Assembly: GCA_004431415.1 (NCBI GenBank)
Contig: QPMI01000621.1
Coordinates: forward strand, 1-64,000
Direction of reading: 5' to 3'
DNA: 64,000 bases
DNA from: Cyanophora paradoxa CCMP329
Taxonomy: Eukaryota; Plantae; Glaucophyta
This document shows positions 57,201 to 64,000 of this stretch, piece by piece. The notes beneath the pieces are model-generated. The model had not been told where the DNA came from and searched no databases. It saw only the letters and a list, made by a program, of their open reading frames with translations. The number at the start of each line of letters is the position of its first letter. Position 1 is the stretch's first letter. The translations under genes and the position numbers were made by a program.

Positions 57201-60200
57201 ATGTCCTCGGGGACCGGAGCCTCCGCGGAGTTCGTCGTCCGGGCCGCGCACGCGCGTGGCGCCGCCGACATGGACTCTCTGAGCGGATCAAATGTTTTGC
57301 AGTGGATCCAGAGCCTGCCGAAGCTGCCGCCGGGCAGCGATCAGCGCACGGTTCAGGACCACCTCCGCCAGTTCGAGAGCTGCGCGAGCATGAGCAAGGA
57401 CTTGCTTAGTGTCTCGCCGACTGCACACATTGAAGTGCAGAAGCGAACTGGGTGGGCTCTTCTCGGCACGCTAGATCACGGGCACCCCGTGCGCCAGAAC
57501 ATCTCGCTGTTCCAGAGCGCCGAGCAGATCGACACGCGCGAGCTCGAGAAGCTGAAGGCGTACCGGGCCGAGCGTGCGCGCACGAGCACAGCGGATCCGC
57601 GAGACGTCGCGATCCTCAAGACGCTCGACGAGAAGATCGCGCAAGCCGAGGAGGGCTTGCAGCGGACCGCCCTCACGGTCACGTACACCGCGATCAGGCG
57701 CCGTCTCGAGGATGACGCCGAGATGCGGAACCCTGACCGGTACAAGGCGCTCCTCGACCTGCCGCACGTGGGCGAGGCGCCGGAGGCGTTCTACCGTCGA
57801 ATCCTCGACTTGAGCATCATCCCGGAGTGCCGCGAAGCGCACGAGACGCCGCTCATGGCACTCATGCGCCACGCGGGCCAAATGCTCAAGCGCCGTACTC
57901 GCAATCAGTGCCGCGACTTCGAAGACTCCGAGATCTCGGACACCGATCGCCGGCACATGATCACGAACTTCGCCACGGCTCGGAAGATCTACGACGAGCT
58001 GTCGCAGAAGATCGCGGACCGCGAGATCACGGGACCCTCTGCGGTCATCGACCTTGTAACCAAGCGCACCAATGAACTGGGCGCCTGGGACGTCGATATC
58101 TCTAAAGTCCCTGGCTCGGCCTTGGTGCTCGGAGCGCGCGGAACGCCGCTGCAGGCGCCCACGGCTGCCTCGCGCACGCCGCAGACCGCGCCGCCGACCA
58201 CGCACACGCCGGCCGTCCCCGTCGTCCCCTCGCGCTCGAACGCGGGCGCTGGCGCGGGCACGCGCATCATGCTCGCGACGACGGTGTCGGAAGCCGAGCT
58301 CGCAGAGCTCGAGGCCTCCGCCTACGGGTGGGACGCGGACGACGCCGAGGATCAGACCGCCGAGGTCATCTCGTTCCTGCAGCTCATTGCTCAGGACGAG
58401 CCCTTCGTCGTAGTCCGCGCGCTCTACCCGTCGGCGTCCGCACCGCCACCCCGCCTCGACGACCCGGTCTATCAGCAGAAGATCAAAGACTTCCTGAAGG
58501 CCCGGGGCCTCCCCGAGAAGCCTCGGCGGCCGTGCCACTGCGGCGGGTCGCACTACTCGTTTGAGTGCCAGACCAACCCGCGGCCCCTGCCCGAGTGGTC
58601 GGCGATCAACCCGGCCAAGCGCCGCGGGCCAACGGGCGCGGGCGCTGGTGACCCGAAGCGCCGGTTCTACCCCGCGCCGCAGGGTGGGAACGGCCGCTCG
58701 AGCCCCCCGCCCCAGCCGGCCGCAGGAAGCCGGGCGTGCTACAACTGCGGCAAACCCGGCCACCTGGCCGCGTCTTGCCCGGCCCAGGCGCAGACGCTCG
58801 AGGCCGCCGTACGCCGCGCGCTCGCGGACCACGCCGCCGCCGCCGCCGCCCTGCCGCCTGCGACGCCGGCGCCCTGGGCCGACCCCAACGCCTTCATGAT
58901 CGCGCGCGCCATGCTCGAGCAGGCTGCCCGCGGTGGCGCCGCCGGCCCGCCCGCGCCCGCACTGCTTCCGGCGCCGACCGGCGGCCACGGCTCGGGGCCC
59001 ACGGCGGCCCCAGCGCCCACCGAGCTCGGCAAGGAAAAGCACGTGTACCGTGTGCGCATCGTGCGCAGCGATGAGGCGACGGTCGAAGACACCTTCCAGG
59101 CCTTCACCGCGGCGGCCGCAACGCACGCCGCCGCGCTGCGGACCCTCCGGGACGGCACCGCCCTCGACGCGGTCGCCGCGGCTGCCACCGCCTTCGCGAT
59201 CGCGGTAGTGCAGCTGTCCGGGGAGAGCCGCCCCGACCTGTGCCCCACGGGAGCCGAGAAGCCGGCCCCCTACGAGGTGCAGAGTGTGGCGCCGACCCGC
59301 CCGGAGTCGGGTCTGGACGCGGGGGAGAGGAAGGTCGCGTTCGACGCAGTGGACGCCGCCCTTGAGGAAATCGCGCTCCTCTTGGCGGCCGCCCCGGACC
59401 CAACGGAGGTCGAGGGCGCTGACGCAGAAGCGAAGGGTCCCGCGCCGACGCCCGCGCCGACTTCTTGCCCCGCCGAGCTCGCCGCCGGCATCGTGGACGC
59501 CGCCCTTGAGGAGGTCGCACTCCTCTTGGCGGCCGCCCCGGACCCAACGGAGGTCGAGGGCGCTGACGCAGAAGCGAAGGGTCCCGAGCCTACGACGGAG
59601 CTCGCGCCCGCCGAGTCGGTCCCCGAGGCCACCGCCGCTGAGGCTCCGGCGGACCCCGCCGCCGGCGTGGGCTGCTGCCTGGAGTACTCTTCGGGGGCCG
59701 AGACTGTGGCGAGCCTCGAGGTGACCGACGACGGTGCCTCGCTCGCTGACGAGGACGTGGCCGTAGCGGCCAAGGAGACCCTGCGCCTCAACCGCGCTTG
59801 CCTCCTCGGCGCTAGCCCCGGCTTGGACCTCACGCACTTCGGGGCCGTTGAGCTAGAGCCAGCGAGGGGCCGCGAGCACGAGCTGGGGCCCGTTCCCCTC
59901 TGGAACGTGGACGCGCACAGGCTGAAGGGCGCTGCGTCGGTCCCGCTTGACCGCGCGGCATTCCTGTACCCGGCGCCGTGCGAGACTCACTGCGGCTGCA
60001 CCGTTAGCGAGGGGCTGATCGAGGTCCGGGACGAGCAGTGGTATGCCACCGCGTTCCGCTGCCCGGCCCGCACCCGCCAGACGCTCTCCTTCTTGCTTGC
60101 GGCGTTCTCTCAGCCGCTCGCCACCGAGAGCACATACCTCGACTCGCGGGCCCTCCCCACTGCGTTCCTGCAGATGCTGGGGCATGACCCGCTGTCCCAG

Positions 60201-63200
60201 GACACGCTGGCCCACGCCTGGCCGACGCACTATTATGAGATCATGAGCCTCACGCACCAGGCCTCTCGTGTCGCCGCGAAGTGGTCCGGGGGCCATGCGT
60301 GGCCGCACGCCGAGGGCCTCACGTCCGAGGGCCGCCCTGCCGTCGAGCCCGACGTTCACAAGCTCGCGAAGCTTGGGGACGAGTGCGTAGCCACCGCCGG
60401 CTGGCTGGATCCGTACCGCCGCCACTGGAGCATAGGCCAGCACTCACCCGCAGCGGCCTCTCTCGAGCCGCACGAGATGACGGTGTCGGGCCGCCGCCAG
60501 CTGATCGAGCTGAGCGAGCTGTTGTCGGCTCAGGACCGCCTCCGCCTCGCGTGCGCCGCGACCGTCGCGGGCTATTGCCTGCACCGCGTCGACTACGGTG
60601 CCCCGGGCACCGCCGGCGCTGTCGAGAAGATCCTCGGCCGCTTCTTCAAGTTCGCCGAGCCGCTCATGGTGGACTCGCGGGTCGACGCCTATGGCTTCGC
60701 CCTGCTAGCCCTCGAGCACGCGATCCAGTGGAGGACCGTGGCCTGCATCGGCGGCCGCGCCGGTCCCCACGACGCCCACAAGAGCGCCGTCGCCCCGGCC
60801 GACGGGGACCCCCTCGTCCCCTCGGACTCGGAGTTCACGGCGGCTGTACACTCGCTCGCCGTCCTCGCTCTCTCCGTCGAGATTCCGATCCCGGGGCGGG
60901 CGCGGCTCCGCTCGGACCGGGACGCCGAGGGGTGGATGAGGGCAGCGCTAGCAGAGCGCCTGACTGCGTACCGCGACGGCCGCGCCCCCGCCTTTCCGTT
61001 CGTGCACGAGGGCGAGCCCTGCGCTGTGGAGCGCGTTCCGGTGGACCCCCGCGTCGCCGCCGCCCGCGTGCTGCACCTCCGGGACCTGCCCTTGTGCAAT
61101 GCCTGGCTGCATGGGCCGCACCTGCAGGGGACGGAGCCTAGCACGTGGAGGGTCGGCCGCGTGCGCCCGATCACGCGCACCACGCAGCTGCCCCTGCACG
61201 GCACGACGCGAGGCGGGCAGCTGCCCACGATCGTGCCTGAGGAGCTCTACGTGCTGAGCCAGCTCGGCCCGAGCCCGCCACTCACCGCCCTGTACGATGC
61301 AACCTGGGCCCGCACGGTCCCCGGCTCCACCGGGGCCGCGGAGCTGCTCCGGTACATCGAGGGGGCCAAGGCAGGCGACCGGGCCCACCTCGTCATTTTA
61401 TTCCGGAGGCTGCTGAAAAAGCGGGCCGGTTTCAATGACGAGGCTGTCAAAGACACGATCGCGCTCGTGGAAAAGTGGCGCACGGATGCGGGCAGCCGCA
61501 CCCCCACTCCGCTCCACGACCTGCCCACCACGCCGAAGCCGGCGTCGGACACGACGGGCGCCTACACGGCGAAGGCCGTCAGCGCGACGATCAGGGAGGC
61601 TAAGGCCTGCCTGCCGCCGCGCCCGCCTGTGAAGACGCCCTCGCCGAGGGACACGCCAGCGCCGGCGCGTCCGGCGCCCGCTCCTGTCCCGCCCCCTGCG
61701 CCGACGGCGAAGCTCGTGACCTTGCATGCCGCGGCGACATGGCCGCCGCTTGCGAGCCCACCGGCGCCGCGCCCCGCCGCCGCGCCGACGCCGCCTGCCC
61801 CTGCACCCGCGCCTGCAGAGCCCCGCCTGAGAGAGCCGCCGCTCGATCTCGCGCGCGCGACGGCACCGGCTCCCCGGCAGACGGCCCGTCGCGGCGAGCG
61901 TGGCCGCGGGGACGGGGTCGTGCGCGTCAGCACTCGCGGGCGTGGCTCGCAGGGGCCTCGAACCCGCAGCGCCCGCCGGGGGCAGGGTGAGGAGGAAGAC
62001 GCCGAGATGGCCGAGCGGGGCGACGGCGATAAGGCGCCTGAGGGAGCGCCGCCGCCGCCGCCGTCGACCATCGACGAGAACTTGAGCCAGCGAGCCCTGT
62101 ACGAGGCTGTGGGGGTGACCGACGGCCTCCTCGCGGTGCCGCATTGCCCCCCGCAGCTCTGCGAGGGGAGGCAAGTTGCCGACTGGCCGATGACGGCCCG
62201 GGCGGAACTTGCCCGCCGTTGGAACATCCCCTATGAGGCGCTGAAGGGCACCCTTGCTGATCTGCGGGTCCCGCACCTCAAGGCGTTCCTCACGGGTGAG
62301 AAGGGCACGCCCATTCAGAGCCGCCTCGACGGCCCGCTGGTGCCGCACGAGGTGCCGCCGGCGGGATGCGTTGCACTTAGGGCCGAGCGCACTATCCGCC
62401 TCGCGCGGCTGAACGCGGCCGCGTTCGAGCTCTTCATGATCGCGCTGGGCCTCCGCGCCCCGGTCACGCCCCACTCCAACGACCTTCCGTTCCACTTGCA
62501 TGAGTGGACGGAACAGCAGTTGGAGCATTTCCTGACTATGCGTTGGGCGATCCCCACCACGCGCCTCCCGCGGTGGACTCACGGGGGCCGCTTCAACCCG
62601 AACTCGGCCGTCATTCCGCCGGCGTGGGCGCAGCATCTCCTGCGTGCTCACACCATGTTCCGCGCCGAGGCGGCCGGGGCAACTGCCCCATCCGCGGACC
62701 GCGCTGGCCTAGAGTTCCCGCACGGGGTCCGCTGGCTACGCCGCCACCTGCGGCTAGGGACGCGCTCGCTGGAGGAAGCCGCCAAGAGCGACCCGCACAA
62801 GGGCTTGGCCCTGACCGCTCAGCGCGCGGCCTTCCAGGAGAAGGTCTTGCACGCTCTCGAGCGCCACGCCGCGAAGCAGTCTTTCACGTTCGACGACGCG
62901 CTCGTGAGCAGCCACGGCGCTGACGACGAGCCCGAACCCCGCCTCGAGCCGCTCGACATTGACCATGCCGAGAGCGAAGAGGAAGAGGGCGAGGAGGAAG
63001 ACGAAGAGGCGCCGGCTGCCGTCCCCGCGGCGGCGCACAGGCCGTTCGAGCCGCACAAGGACTGGCAGCCGCGGCCGCTGTTCTCGTTGACGGACCCGAC
63101 GTACGCCAACGATTACAAGCTCTTGCGCGAGTACATGGACCGGAAACACGCGTTTTTCCGGCCCCTGGAATGCTATGAGCCAGGGTTCACTGAGTGGGCG

Positions 63201-64000
63201 ACGCTGCCCGCGATCAGCTACCCCCTGCGCTGGCAGCACGCCGGCGATGTTGACGAGTACAACATCGACGTGCTCGCGCTGCAGGACCAGCACATGGGCG
63301 AGCTGTGCTCGACTATGCTTAAGCGCGTCGGCCCCGCCGCGCGCGGCATAGTGAACTGGTTCTCGCTCGTAGGCCCGCCTCAGCGGCCGTTCGACGAGGA
63401 CCCGGAACTCTTCGACCTGCAGGGGCTTGCGTTCCCGCACGCTGCCTGCGGCGTCAGCTTGGACATCGTGCAGTACCTCGCGGTCGGGGCCCGTACCGCA
63501 CAGTCTGCCGTCCCGACGTATGTGGGCGCCTGGGATCTCACGCACGAGGGCACCGCCCACGCACCCGTGTGTTCGACCCTAGGCCAGGTCTCGCGGGTGC
63601 TGTATACCGCCTTCTTCCACGAAGGCGGCGGCGCGCGGAATGCCCCGCCGCCGTACATGCCGCACCCCGAGCGCCCCACCCTGCACACCTCAGTCTTGGG
63701 CGGTAACATCGCCGACCCGAACGAGGAGGACGCCAGGACGCCGTTCGCGACCCGTTTCGCGCGCGACGTCGCCGTGCTGGCCCTGCTGCGCCCGCTCGCC
63801 GACAAGCGCGTCGAGAACGTGGAGGGTCGCCTGAAGACGCGGCGTATCTACGCGCCCCGTCTCGTGGCCGGCACGGCCACGCCTGCGCCGAACGCAGCCT
63901 GCGACAAGGATGTCGCAGGGAGCGCGCCGCGCCAGCGCGAGAACAAGAAGCTGTGGCTCGCGGTGACCGTCGCCCAGCTGGCGAGCCAGCCCAAGAAGAG
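57201..64000 (+). CDS. Giant Gag-containing polyprotein ORF (>2,260 codons, 3' end outside the window)
   Basis: In-frame TAG at 57168 then ATG 57201. I found no stop to 64000, and the ORF track has no closed ORF in this frame. Motifs CHCGGSHYSFEC (58533) and CYNCGKPGHLAASC (58737); internal 31-aa duplication at about 59349/59493. Confidence 0.82.
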   Translation, partial: MSSGTGASAEFVVRAAHARGAADMDSLSGSNVLQWIQSLPKLPPGSDQRTVQDHLRQFESCASMSKDLLSVSPTAHIEVQKRTGWALLGTLDHGHPVRQNISLFQSAEQIDTRELEKLKAYRAERARTSTADPRDVAILKTLDEKIAQAEEGLQRTALTVTYTAIRRRLEDDAEMRNPDRYKALLDLPHVGEAPEAFYRRILDLSIIPECREAHETPLMALMRHAGQMLKRRTRNQCRDFEDSEISDTDRRHMITNFATARKIYDELSQKIADREITGPSAVIDLVTKRTNELGAWDVDISKVPGSALVLGARGTPLQAPTAASRTPQTAPPTTHTPAVPVVPSRSNAGAGAGTRIMLATTVSEAELAELEASAYGWDADDAEDQTAEVISFLQLIAQDEPFVVVRALYPSASAPPPRLDDPVYQQKIKDFLKARGLPEKPRRPCHCGGSHYSFECQTNPRPLPEWSAINPAKRRGPTGAGAGDPKRRFYPAPQGGNGRSSPPPQPAAGSRACYNCGKPGHLAASCPAQAQTLEAAVRRALADHAAAAAALPPATPAPWADPNAFMIARAMLEQAARGGAAGPPAPALLPAPTGGHGSGPTAAPAPTELGKEKHVYRVRIVRSDEATVEDTFQAFTAAAATHAAALRTLRDGTALDAVAAAATAFAIAVVQLSGESRPDLCPTGAEKPAPYEVQSVAPTRPESGLDAGERKVAFDAVDAALEEIALLLAAAPDPTEVEGADAEAKGPAPTPAPTSCPAELAAGIVDAALEEVALLLAAAPDPTEVEGADAEAKGPEPTTELAPAESVPEATAAEAPADPAAGVGCCLEYSSGAETVASLEVTDDGASLADEDVAVAAKETLRLNRACLLGASPGLDLTHFGAVELEPARGREHELGPVPLWNVDAHRLKGAASVPLDRAAFLYPAPCETHCGCTVSEGLIEVRDEQWYATAFRCPARTRQTLSFLLAAFSQPLATESTYLDSRALPTAFLQMLGHDPLSQDTLAHAWPTHYYEIMSLTHQASRVAAKWSGGHAWPHAEGLTSEGRPAVEPDVHKLAKLGDECVATAGWLDPYRRHWSIGQHSPAAASLEPHEMTVSGRRQLIELSELLSAQDRLRLACAATVAGYCLHRVDYGAPGTAGAVEKILGRFFKFAEPLMVDSRVDAYGFALLALEHAIQWRTVACIGGRAGPHDAHKSAVAPADGDPLVPSDSEFTAAVHSLAVLALSVEIPIPGRARLRSDRDAEGWMRAALAERLTAYRDGRAPAFPFVHEGEPCAVERVPVDPRVAAARVLHLRDLPLCNAWLHGPHLQGTEPSTWRVGRVRPITRTTQLPLHGTTRGGQLPTIVPEELYVLSQLGPSPPLTALYDATWARTVPGSTGAAELLRYIEGAKAGDRAHLVILFRRLLKKRAGFNDEAVKDTIALVEKWRTDAGSRTPTPLHDLPTTPKPASDTTGAYTAKAVSATIREAKACLPPRPPVKTPSPRDTPAPARPAPAPVPPPAPTAKLVTLHAAATWPPLASPPAPRPAAAPTPPAPAPAPAEPRLREPPLDLARATAPAPRQTARRGERGRGDGVVRVSTRGRGSQGPRTRSARRGQGEEEDAEMAERGDGDKAPEGAPPPPPSTIDENLSQRALYEAVGVTDGLLAVPHCPPQLCEGRQVADWPMTARAELARRWNIPYEALKGTLADLRVPHLKAFLTGEKGTPIQSRLDGPLVPHEVPPAGCVALRAERTIRLARLNAAAFELFMIALGLRAPVTPHSNDLPFHLHEWTEQQLEHFLTMRWAIPTTRLPRWTHGGRFNPNSAVIPPAWAQHLLRAHTMFRAEAAGATAPSADRAGLEFPHGVRWLRRHLRLGTRSLEEAAKSDPHKGLALTAQRAAFQEKVLHALERHAAKQSFTFDDALVSSHGADDEPEPRLEPLDIDHAESEEEEGEEEDEEAPAAVPAAAHRPFEPHKDWQPRPLFSLTDPTYANDYKLLREYMDRKHAFFRPLECYEPGFTEWATLPAISYPLRWQHAGDVDEYNIDVLALQDQHMGELCSTMLKRVGPAARGIVNWFSLVGPPQRPFDEDPELFDLQGLAFPHAACGVSLDIVQYLAVGARTAQSAVPTYVGAWDLTHEGTAHAPVCSTLGQVSRVLYTAFFHEGGGARNAPPPYMPHPERPTLHTSVLGGNIADPNEEDARTPFATRFARDVAVLALLRPLADKRVENVEGRLKTRRIYAPRLVAGTATPAPNAACDKDVAGSAPRQRENKKLWLAVTVAQLASQPKK

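Larger units (their letters stand above)
56348..64000 (+). mobile_element. Left part of a Ty3/gypsy-like LTR retrotransposon (putative 5' LTR 56348-56821, PBS-like TGGCGACC at 56824)
   Basis: Starts TGT at an abrupt break in the repeat; CA-gt-TGGCGACC junction; intronless Gag ORF with zinc knuckle follows. Pol and the 3' LTR lie outside the window. Confidence 0.7.

Overview
This is eukaryotic nuclear DNA from a very GC-rich, intron-dense unicellular organism (algal/protist-like; a glaucophyte such as Cyanophora is only a guess). Most ORF-track entries are GC noise, and the real genes are split by 50-130 nt introns. Left to right the window holds: the 5' end of a membrane-protein gene (-); an LRR + ankyrin + acidic-repeat gene; a tRNA-derived SINE; a cNMP-binding-like + RWP-RK transcription factor with a tandemly duplicated last exon; eight strictly alternating genes (VFL1/LRRCC1, RING, TMEM185-like RING-H2, membrane-anchored cyclic nucleotide PDE, Kelch, VPS23/TSG101, PILS-like carrier, F-box); a gp210-like pseudogene fragment; a 5'-truncated RNase H-containing non-LTR retroelement inside an A..B-A-B repeat structure; a fold-back duplication upstream of a PiT phosphate transporter; and the left part of a gypsy-like LTR element. 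The most notable points are: (1) the LTR element has a Gag fused in one >2,260-codon ORF to about 1,700 aa of unrecognised sequence, and carries an antisense RT fragment in its putative LTR; (2) a U12-type AT-AC intron in VPS23, plus many GC-AG introns with weak donors; (3) the cNMP-binding + RWP-RK domain fusion; (4) pervasive self-complementary hexamer repeats and palindromic micro-insertions; (5) a sense-oriented GTACCC motif concentrated in 3' gene bodies. All gene models were spliced and translated by eye, so exon limits are approximate unless stated.
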